Shown: in pieces, positions 1-10,845 of the stretch
How the letters are laid out: every line of letters begins with the position of its first letter
Position numbering within the stretch: position 1 is the first letter of the stretch
Source: Candidatus Poribacteria bacterium
Lineage (GTDB): Bacteria; Poribacteria; WGA-4E; UBA9662
Assembly (NCBI GenBank): GCA_036339735.1
Contig: JAYZAL010000049.1
Span: 1 to 58,241, forward strand
DNA length: 58,241 nucleotides
Direction: 5' to 3'
Translations under genes and position numbers: made by a program
The notes under the pieces: model-generated
The model's database searches: none
What the model was told of the DNA's origin: nothing
Seen by the model: only the letters and a program-made list of their open reading frames with translations

Positions 1-10
1 GGGGGAGAAA

Positions 11-835
11 ATGTTGCGTTCATCAACAATCTTGTTTTTGTGTTTATTCTTTGTCTGTCTGACTATGGTTCACGGGAAGATTGAACTAAAGACGGCTACT
101 GGTATCTGGTTATTTGATGAAGGAAAAGGAAAGATTGCTAACGATTTATCTGGCCATCAGGGTGATGGTAAATTGGAGAAAGGACCTAAGTGGGTGAAGG
201 GGAAATTCGGTCAAGCCATTGAATTCGATGGAAAAGACGACTATGTTCAGATTCCACCTTCCGACCAATATAATCCTAAAAATGCCAATGGCGACTATGA
301 GTTCACAATATCCTTCTGGATGTATCCTCACGAAGTAGGTGGTAATAATCCCGCTGGTAAAGGATCTGCTACCCTGGTTATTGCTAATGGAGATCCTGGT
401 GATGGAGGTGGTGCCAATTGGTGGTTTGAGTATTGGAATCCAGGTAATTTTGAGTTCAAAAGCTGCCAAGCTGGTTGCAGTGGGGCCTCAATACCCCTAC
501 CTGAGCCGAAAAAATGGTATTTTGTCTCTGGTATATACAACGGCAAGGAATACGAACTCTATATTGATGGAGAGTTTAAGTCTAAAGGTGTCAATGCTAT
601 TGGCACCCCAGCCAAAGGTTTACTAATTGGTAGTGGTTTATGTCCAGCCGGACATGGTTGCGATGGAGGCTATTTCAAGGGCATCATTGATGATGTATCG
701 ATGTTCAACACTAAACTAAGTGAGGCCGACTTGAAGAAATTAATGAACGACGGAGTAGGTGCCTCGTTGGGCCTACTCGCTGTCCAAGGCAGAGGGAAAC
801 TTGCTATACAGTGGTCGTCATTGAAGCAACCATAG
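11..835 (+). CDS. Secreted LamG/ConA-like jelly-roll domain protein
   Basis: Signal peptide; W-x-FDEG-x-G, GKFGQAIEFDG and F-x-G-x-IDDV motifs; C-terminal AVQGRGKLAIQWSSLK tail. Confidence 0.9.
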   Translation: MLRSSTILFLCLFFVCLTMVHGKIELKTATGIWLFDEGKGKIANDLSGHQGDGKLEKGPKWVKGKFGQAIEFDGKDDYVQIPPSDQYNPKNANGDYEFTISFWMYPHEVGGNNPAGKGSATLVIANGDPGDGGGANWWFEYWNPGNFEFKSCQAGCSGASIPLPEPKKWYFVSGIYNGKEYELYIDGEFKSKGVNAIGTPAKGLLIGSGLCPAGHGCDGGYFKGIIDDVSMFNTKLSEADLKKLMNDGVGASLGLLAVQGRGKLAIQWSSLKQP

Positions 836-971
836 TTTGGTCCAATTTTTATTAATCCCAGTCGTAACAAATTAGTGAGAGTTGTCCAAGCCAATATTAT
901 ATGTCCAAAACTAATCCCGATCATGATAAATTAAATCCGGGTGGTAATCAACTAACTATTGCTATATGCCA

Positions 972-1016
972 CTGTCCTTTTCTGAGGGATATCCGCCGAT
1001 AGCCAGAAAAGGACAG
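972..1016. repeat. Intergenic inverted repeat (13-bp perfect stem)
   Basis: CTGTCCTTTTCTG (972-984) pairs with CAGAAAAGGACAG (1004-1016); inner TATC/GATA can also pair. Confidence 0.75.
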
Positions 1017-1236
1017 GTTGGAGTAGGTGTTAGCTATTAGGGATTCGACACCCCAGATGGGAAACCCAGAGGATTTATCTACTAAGCCAAGGATAAGTAG
1101 ACAAGTAAGACAGAAAGGGTTTGCGAGAATGATAAGGCACCTGTCTGGACAGATAAGAAAGCTAACGAGAATATCTGGTTAAATGGGGTGATAGATGATC
1201 TCAATCTTTACGGGCACGATTCAGTAAAAAGAGAGA

Positions 1237-2109
1237 GTGAAAATGGCGGACGTTAATCAAGCCAGTCAGGAATGGTTGTATAATTGTGCCACTCAGCAAC
1301 AGTTAGACAGATTCAATAATGATGGTTACCTAGTGGTGGAAGATGCTCTGTCAGCTGAGATGATTCAACGGTTGACTCAAGTCGTCGATGGGATAGAAAA
1401 TGAGGAGCGAAAACGACAAAATTTGGATTCTCACCAAATTTTACAAAAGTTCCGGACGGTACTTGAGGACGATATCTTTCTCCAGTTGCTGGATTGGCCC
1501 AAAACCTTTCCTCTGGTCTGGGATATTCTGGGGTGGAATATTCAGCTTTACATTTCGCACCTGATCATTTATCCCCCTGAACGGGAGAAGGTCGAAGAAT
1601 TAGGAACAGGTGGGTGGCATCAGGATGGTGGACGCCCAGTGCGGGAAATGGAATGGCCCCAACCTCGATTATCACTAAAAGTTAGCTATTGGTTGACTGA
1701 TGTGGACAGCCCAAGTAACGGAGCCATGCAGATTATTCCTGGTAGTCACAAACTGGATGCTATGCCCCCCTCTTCAGATTTGGACGGTGGAAAAGTGTTG
1801 GATTTGTGTGTCAAGGCCGGAACCGCAGTCCTGTTTGATCGTCGAATATGGCATCGGCGCGGATTAAATACTTCAAGTACCAGTCGAAAAGTTCTTTTTT
1901 TCGGCTATAGTTATCGTTGGTTGAGAGGGTTAGATTTCAATCTGATGCCGGAAGAAGTGTTAAATAAATGTGACCCGATTCGGCGACAATTATTGGGCGA
2001 TGGAACTGATATCAAAGGCTGGTGGCAACCAACGGCAGCTGATGTCCCATTGAGAACCTGGTTGCAAGAGCATCGAGGGCAAGAGTTACCGATTTGGGGT
2101 AGGACCTAG
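1237..2109 (+). CDS. Phytanoyl-CoA dioxygenase (PhyH) family Fe(II)/2OG enzyme
   Basis: F-x-x-DGYLVV, WHQD (HxD), IIPGSH and distal WH motifs; start may be ATG 1243. Confidence 0.9.
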   Translation: MKMADVNQASQEWLYNCATQQQLDRFNNDGYLVVEDALSAEMIQRLTQVVDGIENEERKRQNLDSHQILQKFRTVLEDDIFLQLLDWPKTFPLVWDILGWNIQLYISHLIIYPPEREKVEELGTGGWHQDGGRPVREMEWPQPRLSLKVSYWLTDVDSPSNGAMQIIPGSHKLDAMPPSSDLDGGKVLDLCVKAGTAVLFDRRIWHRRGLNTSSTSRKVLFFGYSYRWLRGLDFNLMPEEVLNKCDPIRRQLLGDGTDIKGWWQPTAADVPLRTWLQEHRGQELPIWGRT

Positions 2110-2206
2110 TTTCCTTTGACTCGTTGCTTTTATCCATTCCGACTACCATTCTGAATATTGCCAGCTAACGACCTTATCCTGCTAAACTAACTGGTTAATT
2201 ATTCCT

Positions 2207-4153
2207 ATGCTTAAACCCAATTCCACCTCTGAGAGTGTAACTCTTCGGGCCATTATCATCTCTGCGATCTTGTTGCCGCCAAACTTTTATTGGCTGATAA
2301 TTGGGGAGATGGAAATGGGGGGCGGCAGTTATATGCTGCCGACCTTTATTGTTCCACTCTATAATGTCATCTTCTGCCTGTTTATCCTGACTTTACTCAA
2401 TTCACTGATAAAAAAAGTCTTTGGTCGTAGTGGCTTACATCCGACAGAATTGCTGTCAGTCTACGTTTTGCTTAGCTCAGCTTGTTCATTGTGTTCTATC
2501 AACACAATGGGCTTTTTATTTACAACCTTGGGTCATTCTACTTGGTTTGCCACACCTGAAAATGAGTGGGACTCGCTGTTTTCCTCCTTTATCCCAACCT
2601 GGTTAGTAGTAGCCGATAAACATAGTTTGAGCGGCTACTATCAGGGCAACTCAACTTTATATACCATTCAACATCTGGACAGTTGGTTAGTACCAACCTT
2701 GATCTGGACTGGATTTGTGTCGGTGCTATCTACCATGATGCTATGTCTCAACTTGATTTTAAGACAGCAATGGAGTGAAAAAGAAAAGCTAAGCTATCCC
2801 ATCATACACTTGCCTATATCGATGGTTGGCAATCTTAACGGATTTTTCAGTAGCAAACCGATGTGGTTGGGTTTCTCTATCGCTTCGATCATCAGTCTAA
2901 TCAATGGTATCAGTTTTCTCCACCCCGATTTCCCCTCGGTACCAGTCTCTCGCCGGAGTTTACTTCACCTATTTCCGGACAAACCTTGGAGTGCAATTGG
3001 CCAGGGTGGGTTTAACCTATCCCTCTATCCATTTGCTCTAGGGTTAAGTTTCCTAATGCCGCTGGACCTTACCTTTTCTTGTTGGTTTTTCTACTTGATA
3101 GGTAAGTTAGAATTGGTGTTAGGTAGCATGACTGGATGGAGTTCTTTACCTGGTTACCCTCATCATGCGGAGCGTGCCTTTGGTGCGACTATTTCCTTTC
3201 TTCTATTGATCGCTTGGATCGGGCGGAATCATTTAAAAAACGTTTTGTCCAAATTCTGGCAGGCCTCTGGTAAAATACCAGACATCAACACGTATCGCTG
3301 GGCTATTTGGGGGCTGATTGCCAGCGGTGGTAGTCTACTTTTATTTTCAATCTACTTAGGTCTATCTTTCTGGTTGGCGGTCCTGTTTCTCACTATCTAC
3401 CTTCTGTTGTCAATTCTGGTAACTAGAATGCGGGCTGAGTTGGGGTTCTTTACACATCCGATGTGGGGCATCATGGCTCCTGAGATGACGATCAGCCTGA
3501 CTGGTAGCAGAACTTTAGGCCCAAAAAACTTAACTGTTTTGGCCTTATATCGCTGGTTCAATTTTGGTTTTTCCAGTCACCAGATGCCTCATCAATTAGA
3601 AGCCTTAAAAATAGTGGACCGAATCGGGATGGACCGACGACAGGTAGCATGTAGCCTAATATTTATTACTGCCTTAGGTGGTATTTTGCTAGCTTGGGTT
3701 CACCTGCATATTTTTTATCGAGTCGGAGCCTTGAATGGTGGAGGGTGGTCCAGAGGCGGGGGTAATCATACCTTTAATAGTCTACAAAATTGGATTATAT
3801 ATCCGCAAGAACAGAACCCGTTGTCGATAATTTTCATGGGCCTTGGGCTATGGGTATCAATGTTTCTGTCAATCATGAGAATCCGTTTGATGTGGTGGGG
3901 GTTTCACCCGATTGGCTACATTGTTGCTAACTTAGAGTGGGCCATGAGGAATTTTTGGAGTTGTATGCTGATTAGTACTAGCCTCAAGTGGCTGGTACTC
4001 AAATACAGTGGGCCAACACAATATCAGACCGGCTTACAGTTCTGCCTAGGATTAGTGCTGGGAGATTTTATTACGGGGAGTCTATGGAATGTAATTGGTG
4101 TAGTGTGTAATTTCCGTACCTATAGTTTTTGGCCAGGCGCTTATCTGCCTTAG
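2207..4153 (+). CDS. DUF6785/DUF6784-type polytopic membrane protein (putative transporter)
   Basis: About 650 aa hydrophobic; motifs ENEW, RQQW-x3-EKLSYPI, RMRAELG, MPHQLE, WW-x-FHP-x-GY and GLVLGD; paralogous to 18455 and 21111. Confidence 0.8.
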   Translation: MLKPNSTSESVTLRAIIISAILLPPNFYWLIIGEMEMGGGSYMLPTFIVPLYNVIFCLFILTLLNSLIKKVFGRSGLHPTELLSVYVLLSSACSLCSINTMGFLFTTLGHSTWFATPENEWDSLFSSFIPTWLVVADKHSLSGYYQGNSTLYTIQHLDSWLVPTLIWTGFVSVLSTMMLCLNLILRQQWSEKEKLSYPIIHLPISMVGNLNGFFSSKPMWLGFSIASIISLINGISFLHPDFPSVPVSRRSLLHLFPDKPWSAIGQGGFNLSLYPFALGLSFLMPLDLTFSCWFFYLIGKLELVLGSMTGWSSLPGYPHHAERAFGATISFLLLIAWIGRNHLKNVLSKFWQASGKIPDINTYRWAIWGLIASGGSLLLFSIYLGLSFWLAVLFLTIYLLLSILVTRMRAELGFFTHPMWGIMAPEMTISLTGSRTLGPKNLTVLALYRWFNFGFSSHQMPHQLEALKIVDRIGMDRRQVACSLIFITALGGILLAWVHLHIFYRVGALNGGGWSRGGGNHTFNSLQNWIIYPQEQNPLSIIFMGLGLWVSMFLSIMRIRLMWWGFHPIGYIVANLEWAMRNFWSCMLISTSLKWLVLKYSGPTQYQTGLQFCLGLVLGDFITGSLWNVIGVVCNFRTYSFWPGAYLP

Positions 4154-4820
4154 AATTGAAAGAAACTTCTAAGGCTAAGGTAGAAGAAAGAGTGGTCTTT
4201 TCTCATAGAATGACACTTTCTCGACGCCCCCTAACGGCATCGAAATAACGAATAATTTCCAGCCTATTATCAATCCTGATTCGATCATTTCTGATCACCA
4301 GAAAACCACCACTGATCAGAGATTGAGACAGTTGAAATCCATCCGTTACCAACGTCAGATCGATGGCATGGTTACTACTTCAGACTGTCCAGATCACTGC
4401 CAATTGTTAGCCAACTATCCCCCATTCAACACTGTAACCTAGACACTTTTCGAACTAGTTTAGCAAAAGGCAAAATAGAGAGCCTAGCTGCCGACACTTA
4501 TTTTTATCAGATTCAAGCAGAAGACTGTACAAAAACATGAACGATGATGATTTTGTATAGTCTTCTGCTACGAAATACCCATTAAAACCCGAGCAAAAGA
4601 TAACTCGTGTACGGAGTAACCAGGTAGGTATCAGTACCAGTTGGTCCACTTTTTTCTTCAAAAGTTTCTTTTCCTGAAGATATATATTTCTTTATTAACC
4701 AATCGTGTCTTTTGTGTAAAAAGAGAACAACACCTTTTCTAATTTTGTTATACTGACCCCGGTAACTCCAAAGTTTTATATTCGGAGCTGACATATAAAT
4801 GAACAGAAAGGAGATTGATA

Positions 4821-5264
4821 ATGCGCTTGAAGGACAAACTTTTCTACATTGTAATTGGTGCTACTTTATTAGCTAGTTTTCAGATTGGGTTCTGGTCAAG
4901 TCCTAAACCAGCCTATGCTGATGGACACCTAGCTAGTGAGAAGACAGGCAAATCTGAGCCAGTTAAAATGATCTATTTCGTAAACTACCCTCTAGGTGGA
5001 AAAGCAGAATACCTCGAGTGGGTCAAAGAAGTTGGCCCGAAATTAGTCACCGAAGAGGTAGTAAGAATCAGATCCTATGATAACTTTGAAGGTGGTAATC
5101 CACACCGATTAGTTGAGATGGAATTCAATAGTATAGAAGATATGCAAAAGTATCAAAGGAATCCCACAATCAGGGCTATTATGCAGGATATGAGCAATCA
5201 CACCTCAAATTCTGAAGGACATACTTTCATCCAAAGAAGTGATTACGTCAAACTTAGCCCTTAA
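4821..5264 (+). CDS. Secreted or membrane-anchored hypothetical protein, possible dimeric alpha-beta barrel
   Basis: AGGAG RBS at 4809-4813; N-terminal hydrophobic segment; EYLEW...RLVEMEF-x-S-x-E pattern. Confidence 0.65.
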   Translation: MRLKDKLFYIVIGATLLASFQIGFWSSPKPAYADGHLASEKTGKSEPVKMIYFVNYPLGGKAEYLEWVKEVGPKLVTEEVVRIRSYDNFEGGNPHRLVEMEFNSIEDMQKYQRNPTIRAIMQDMSNHTSNSEGHTFIQRSDYVKLSP

Positions 5265-5341
5265 TTTAATCCTTGACTTAAGGCGAGGAGCATACTGCCA
5301 CGTGTTGGGATCAACCCCACGAGGGAATATTGTTCCCATGG

Positions 5342-5387
5342 GATAATCATGAGGGAATCAATAACTGTTGTCCCCCTCATGATTATC
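5342..5387. terminator. 14-bp perfect inverted repeat, possible terminator
   Basis: GATAATCATGAGGG / CCCTCATGATTATC downstream of the 5264 stop; no clear U-tract. Confidence 0.5.
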
Positions 5388-5473
5388 TGCTGGCTGTGAA
5401 ATAGAGACAGGATTCAAGTAAAATCAATAACAAAACTTTCTATCCTAATTTTTAATTCAATGAAAAGGCTAAT

Positions 5474-6286
5474 ATGAAATTTCAGGTTAATCGATTTTTT
5501 GCACTGTCGTTTATCAAACAGGCTTTGAACAGGTCCCATGTTTTCTCAATGTTCATTATACTTTCATGCCTCCTATTTTCATTGGCGACTTACGCTGTAG
5601 GAGTATCGGATCCATCTTTGGTTGGATATTGGCCATTTGATGAAAAAGCAGGGAAAAAAGCGGAAGATATTTCGGGAAATGGAAATGACGGTAAGTTGAT
5701 CGACGGGCCGAAATGGGTTGAGGGTAAATTTGGATCTGCTTTAGAGTTTGGTGGTGGCAGCTATGTGGAGGTAGCAGATGACCCATCTTTAGATTTGATT
5801 AATTCAGCGACCTTAATGGCTTGGTTCAAGCTCACCGATAAACTCACCGACACCAGTCGGATGATGTCCAAGAATAACTCTATTTTTGTCATTTTTGATT
5901 TTAGCAACAAAAATTCCTTGGACTTTTTAGTCAAGCCAGATAATCATTTTGCTGAATCCAAAACTGTAGATTGGAAGCAGGGAGATTGGTACCACTTCGC
6001 AGGTAGCTTTGCTAAAGGAAAGATGAATATCTACATCAATGGGCAACTAGAAGGCGAAAAGAAGAACGCAACTGGAATAGCCCCTTCTGACTTAGACCTG
6101 TGGATTGGTGCGGATGATTGGAAACTGCCAGCTAGTAGTTTCCCTGGCGTTATAGACGAAGTACGAATTTACAATAAAGCTCTTACCGAAGGCGAAATTA
6201 AGAAACTGATGACAACACCGATGTTAGTATCGAAGACACTAAACAAATTGTCTATCACTTGGAGTCAGTTGAAAATTAAACACTGA
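5474..6286 (+). CDS. Secreted LamG-like domain protein
   Basis: LVGYWPFDE, GKFGSALEF and FPGVIDEVRIYNKAL motifs; C-terminal KLSITWSQLK; true start may be downstream. Confidence 0.9.
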   Translation: MKFQVNRFFALSFIKQALNRSHVFSMFIILSCLLFSLATYAVGVSDPSLVGYWPFDEKAGKKAEDISGNGNDGKLIDGPKWVEGKFGSALEFGGGSYVEVADDPSLDLINSATLMAWFKLTDKLTDTSRMMSKNNSIFVIFDFSNKNSLDFLVKPDNHFAESKTVDWKQGDWYHFAGSFAKGKMNIYINGQLEGEKKNATGIAPSDLDLWIGADDWKLPASSFPGVIDEVRIYNKALTEGEIKKLMTTPMLVSKTLNKLSITWSQLKIKH

Positions 6287-6450
6287 TCTTTAATCAGGCT
6301 TTTTGGCTTGCATTGAGAATAAAGTTTACGAACATCCGCACATTCGCCAGAAGTATCTGTTCTCTCCGCCGAATTCTTCTACATTGCTCTGTCTCTCTCT
6401 AGCAGCCATACCAGCAGACCTCTCAAACCTGCGCAAAACAGGGTATGTCA

Positions 6451-6484
6451 ACAGTTGGAGGGCAAAGTTTTGCCCCCCAACTGT
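6451..6484. terminator. 16-bp inverted repeat (one mismatch)
   Basis: ACAGTTGGAGGGCAAA / TTTGCCCCCCAACTGT, just past the stop of the minus-strand fragment at 6497. Confidence 0.6.
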
Positions 6485-6496
6485 CCCGTCAATTTT

Positions 6497-6598
6497 CTAC
6501 CCAACTCTGAACTTGGCTTCCACCTTACGATCAGGATAGGCCTGAATTCTTTCTATCATTGCACGCAAGGCTTCTTTATATGATTCTCCTTGTCTGAG
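6497..6598 (-). pseudogene. Possible C-terminal remnant of a large serine recombinase
   Basis: Reads LRQGESYKEALRAMIERIQAYPDRKVEAKFRVG*, resembling the L-x2-LIERI-x-V...V-x-I-x-F tail of large serine recombinases; an in-frame stop lies just upstream. Confidence 0.3.
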
Positions 6599-6766
6599 AT
6601 TCTAAAAGAACGAGGTATTTACAGGCAAAAACCCGAGGCGAACCCGGCAGGGTTGGGCTGTGGCTTTATTTTTAGTAAAGCTGACCATCATTCTCTCGCA
6701 GTTCCCCAATCTATCAAGGTACAACCTATCATCCCACAACCTGACTCTTTTTTTTGTAAAATTTAT

Positions 6767-6795
6767 TTGAACAAAAAAGATCTTTATTGTAAAAT
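6767..6795 (+). promoter_or_regulatory. Sigma70-type promoter
   Basis: TTGAAC-17 nt-TAAAAT. Confidence 0.5.
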
Positions 6796-6796
6796 T

Positions 6797-6871
6797 GGAG
6801 TCTCCTTTCTCCTTGAGGGGAACTCCTAGTGAGATCAAAGTGCCTAGTTTGACAATTTCTAGGCACTTTTT
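6797..6871 (+). ncRNA. Candidate small RNA (GGAGT...ACTCC hairpin plus intrinsic terminator)
   Basis: Promoter immediately upstream; hairpin 6797-6826; terminator AAAGTGCCTAG/CTAGGCACTTT plus T-run at 6837-6871; no convincing ORF. Confidence 0.35.
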
Positions 6872-7625
6872 ATAGTCAGATTCTTAAGATAGATCAACTC
6901 CAGCCGACGAGGCAATTGTGAAGGTAATTGAAGCAATAAAACCCACCATTTTCTGATTGACGGTTTTGTTTGGGCACCTATCAGATATATCAAAAATCAG
7001 AAAAATCACAATAAACTCGCCTTTGTAAGGTAAAAAATCTTTTAGAAGGCAACACTAAATTACTTAATCCACGAAGCAATGGTTTTCAGATTTTTGAGTT
7101 AACAGCTAAATAATTAGGGGTAGAAGATGATCATCCACAATGATACTGAACTAATTGGAACTATGGGTTTACTGATGTTAATTAATAGTTAGTCTCGTCA
7201 GGGCAGAGTTTTGGCTATTGTACCGATTGTTGACCAAGTAAAAGAGTCGTTTCGTGGTAGAAGGCGTTTATATGCTCGCTAGTAGTAAACATATAGATGT
7301 GATGGAAGAAAGATTCAAGACTTATCTATCAGTTGAAGATCAAGCCGAGTTGGATATCAGATCCAAAGATTTGTTAAAGGATTAGAAGGAGAGATGCCAA
7401 AGAGGAGAAATCGTTTTCTGAGGCCCACCGAGTGAGTCGTGAACTCACATTTATATGTCTAACCATCATTAAACCCAATCAATTATCGAATTGACTTACC
7501 AAACCTGTCTGTTATTCAATTTGAAGGTGATATCAGTTGATGAAGCAAACAAGAATTCTTATCTTATTCTCTTCGGGGCATGTAGCACAGTTGAATACCA
7601 TGCATTAATTTTATTGGAAAACCAA

Positions 7626-7920
7626 ATGCGCCTAAAATTCTCGTTATTGCCGTTATTTTTTATCACCATTCCGTGTGGGCAGTGCCCACATTTACCCTTA
7701 ATGAACAAGCCGATCTTGAGATCGAATATAGTTCCTTGCTCAGATTGCAACTGCAAGCTGACATCAGTCATCCTGGGAATACTCTACGGCTTGAGCTATT
7801 TATCGATGCCGACAAAAACGGAAAAATAGAGCATGACATTGATGCTGATTTTTCCGCTTTAATGGGCAAACTACAGGTGACAGACGGGGGCAAGGATGGA
7901 GACATTCAGGTTTTATCGAA
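7626..7920 (+). pseudogene. Frameshifted, truncated secreted protein
   Basis: MRLKFSLLPLFFITI (signal-like) continues in another frame as VWAVPTFTLNEQADLEIEY...LELFIDADKNGKIE...VTDGG; the sequence then runs into the dispersed repeat. Confidence 0.45.
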
Positions 7921-8036
7921 TAAGTATGTGATTAAGATTTGGCTGAAGCCTATTTGCTTGTTTTTTGCTAGAGATAAGGTAAATGACCACAGGAAGGATT
8001 AAAGCTGAAGGGGAAAGGTCCCTATAAGTATTCTTA
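7919..8036 (+). repeat. Dispersed repeat, copy A
   Basis: Aligns by eye with the reverse complement of 16872-16995 and 20785-20876; shared core TTTTTTG...TAAGRTAAATRACCAMARGAAGG...AGGG.AAAGRTCCCTATAAG. Confidence 0.85.
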
Positions 8037-8150
8037 GAATGGAGAATATTCAGTAGTGTGGCTATCTACGTTTACAATGTATTCACCAATAGACAGTTTG
8101 ATGCGGAGGAGGATATTTATTTTCTATTTCCTGGCTAGATAATATTCTAC

Positions 8151-9854
8151 TCATCGACGACGATCCAAATATTCGGATAAAACAGCTGCAGCCTCTACCG
8201 TATCGATCTTCTTTAATGAATGAGTGGCAGCCCACCGAACTTGGCTGTTAGGATGTTTAAGAGCTAGCTGAAGAGTAGGGATAGCGTCCGGACCGATTTG
8301 TCCTAAAGCTGTAATGATACCACGACACACTTCGATGGACCCATCATCCAGCGTCTTCTGTAATTCAGGTATAGCCGATTTCCCAAATTGGCCCAGAACA
8401 TCTATCACTCGTAACTGCATAATTCGATCCCCATTTTTGAGAGCGTTAATAAGACGTGGGATTGACGAGTTGCCAATTAGGATTAAAGCGTTAATTGCGT
8501 TGTAACGAACACCTTGATGATGATCTACCAAAGCTTCAATCAACATAGGTACAGATTCTTGTGCGGCTTCCCCAATTTGTCCTAGTGCGTTGGCTACGCA
8601 TAAACGAATCCATTCATCCTGCGACGACATCAATGGAATTAAATTTTCTACGGCAGTATCTGCTCCAATTTGACCTAGAGCATGAATAGTGCTCAAACGA
8701 ACCTCCGTATCTGAATCTTGCAAATTTTGAATCAGGTTTGATGCCGCAACTATTGCCAATGGACCAATTCCTGCTAAGGCATAGGCTGAATTAGTGCGAA
8801 TTGCTTGATCAGGATGAGATAGAAGTTCTGTAAGTATGGGTATGGCCGGATAAGATGCCGAACCGATACCACCTAAGGCATAAGCCGCCAAACCACAAAC
8901 TAAAGGGTCTGGGTCTTCAAGCAATATCATTAAATCTGGCACTCCCGCCTTAGCAGCAGGCCCAATTAGACCTAAGGCTAATATCGCACTTAACCTGAGT
9001 GATTGGTTTTGACTCGATAAAGTTTGAATAACCAGAGAAATAGCTGGTTCCCCTATCTTTTCTAATGCTTGCGCTGCACGTTGTCGAACTACTGTTTTTT
9101 CCTGAGACATTTCTTCCAACAACGCAAAAACTGCCGGAGCGCCAATAGCCTCTAAAGCGACTAGGGTAGCAGTTTCTACTTTAGAATCACCAGCATGGAG
9201 GGTTTTCACTAATTGGGGCAAGATTTCAATAATGGTCTGTTTAGCTTCGATTGAACTAATCTGACTCAAAGCGTAGGCCCCAGTTGCTCTTGCCAAATCG
9301 TCTGTTCGACAGAATTCAACTAAGGCTGCTACAACTACATCAGCTGGTTGACCAATTCGACCCAGAGCCACCACCGCATTGCCACGAATCTGATTTCGGT
9401 CATCGCTAAGTGCTTGGATCAAGATGGGGGTTGCCTCCTGAGCAACTGGCCCCATAGCGCCAACGGCCAGAATGGTTGCGGCTCGAAGTTCGACATCATC
9501 TGACACCAAATTTGGATGATCTTTCAGGTCATTGATCAACTGTGGCAAGACACTTTCGGCGGCAGATTTGGCTATAGGAGATGTAATTCGACTTAAGGTG
9601 TATGCACTAGCAGCCCGTATTAGCCGATTAGTACCTTTCAGCGCTTCAACCAAGATCGGAACTGCTACTAGCGAATTAGTATGACTAAGAGCATAAGTAG
9701 CAGAGATTCTTGTCTGAAGGTTCTCAGATTGAAGTTGATGAATCAAACCATCAACGGTTGTCTGCTCTGATTTCGCCGCTATTTTCCAACCTGAAACCAA
9801 CAGAAAAATGAAGATTAAAAACCGCGAGCAGCATTTGACACATTTAGTAGTCAT
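8151..9854 (-). CDS. Secreted HEAT-repeat (PBS lyase-like) protein
   Basis: Many VR-x2-A-x2-ALG-x-IG-x2-A-x2-AVP-x-L repeats; N-terminal signal peptide. Confidence 0.9.
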   Translation of the reverse strand: MTTKCVKCCSRFLIFIFLLVSGWKIAAKSEQTTVDGLIHQLQSENLQTRISATYALSHTNSLVAVPILVEALKGTNRLIRAASAYTLSRITSPIAKSAAESVLPQLINDLKDHPNLVSDDVELRAATILAVGAMGPVAQEATPILIQALSDDRNQIRGNAVVALGRIGQPADVVVAALVEFCRTDDLARATGAYALSQISSIEAKQTIIEILPQLVKTLHAGDSKVETATLVALEAIGAPAVFALLEEMSQEKTVVRQRAAQALEKIGEPAISLVIQTLSSQNQSLRLSAILALGLIGPAAKAGVPDLMILLEDPDPLVCGLAAYALGGIGSASYPAIPILTELLSHPDQAIRTNSAYALAGIGPLAIVAASNLIQNLQDSDTEVRLSTIHALGQIGADTAVENLIPLMSSQDEWIRLCVANALGQIGEAAQESVPMLIEALVDHHQGVRYNAINALILIGNSSIPRLINALKNGDRIMQLRVIDVLGQFGKSAIPELQKTLDDGSIEVCRGIITALGQIGPDAIPTLQLALKHPNSQVRWAATHSLKKIDTVEAAAVLSEYLDRRR

Positions 9855-10059
9855 CGTAGCACCTAGCAGGAATTATTTTGCACATCACTAACGCGCTATC
9901 GATTTTAATTACGCTTGCATATCAGCAGGTATCCGTTTGACAGCTGCTTGGAATGAAAACATCACTTAATTATCTTTAATCCATCACTTTTCAAAGGTTA
10001 AGGTAGCTGAACGATTTTTTATAACCAAGAAATCCGATTAACACCCAATACCAAATGGT

Positions 10060-10845
10060 TTATTTTTTGAGATTAGCCCATTTGGTGGCCAGTTTCTCTT
10101 TGGGATCAACCGCAAAAAAGACCCCATTTTCCATATCAGACTTAATCTCGTCTAATGTTAGAGCACGGTCATAAATAGCGACTTCGTCTATTTTGCCGAT
10201 CATGCTAGGCAAACCAGTTTGTGCTTGACCAATATGAAGTTCCACCTTTTGACTAGTGATCTTACCTGCTGCAGCATCCAGAGAGGCGTCAAGTTTACTA
10301 TCTATGTACTGTTTAATTTTCTTACCATCATAGGTAACTACAACATGATGCCATTGCTTCAATTCAGGCTCGATTTTCTGCAATTTTCGGGTTCCCTTCC
10401 AATCTGGTAAGGCAATCCAAGTTTCGATTTTGGCCGCGGCACCAAAACCGCTCCACTGCAGACAATATCCACCCTTGTTGGCTGCCGTACGTCGTCCCAT
10501 CACATTGGAATCGTTCTGGTCTTCTAGAGGGAAAATCCAAGCTGCCATAGTGATGGACTTGGTAATATCAAGTTCGTCCGACGCGGGTACTTGAACCAAA
10601 CAGTCTGAATCTTCCAAAGAAAGAGCCCCACCAAATTTCCCCTCTTTGGTAAACTTGGCGTTACCTGTTAGTTTCCCCTTCAATTTACTTTGGCTATGAT
10701 CTTTAGCTGTGTCCCCTTGGCCTTCATCAAAAGTAAAATAAAGCTTTAAGGCTGGATCATCGTTTAGGGCGTAACTCTCTAGCGATAAAAGCCCTACTCC
10801 GAATGTAATCAAAAAAATTATCAACAAAAAACATTTTTTAACCAT
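10060..10845 (-). CDS. Secreted LamG-like domain protein
   Basis: LYFTFDEGQG, GKFGGAL, WHHVVVTYDG and GKIDEVAIYDRAL motifs; C-terminal AVDPKEKLATKWANLKK; ATG 10845 preferred over the track start 10860. Confidence 0.9.
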   Translation of the reverse strand: MVKKCFLLIIFLITFGVGLLSLESYALNDDPALKLYFTFDEGQGDTAKDHSQSKLKGKLTGNAKFTKEGKFGGALSLEDSDCLVQVPASDELDITKSITMAAWIFPLEDQNDSNVMGRRTAANKGGYCLQWSGFGAAAKIETWIALPDWKGTRKLQKIEPELKQWHHVVVTYDGKKIKQYIDSKLDASLDAAAGKITSQKVELHIGQAQTGLPSMIGKIDEVAIYDRALTLDEIKSDMENGVFFAVDPKEKLATKWANLKK

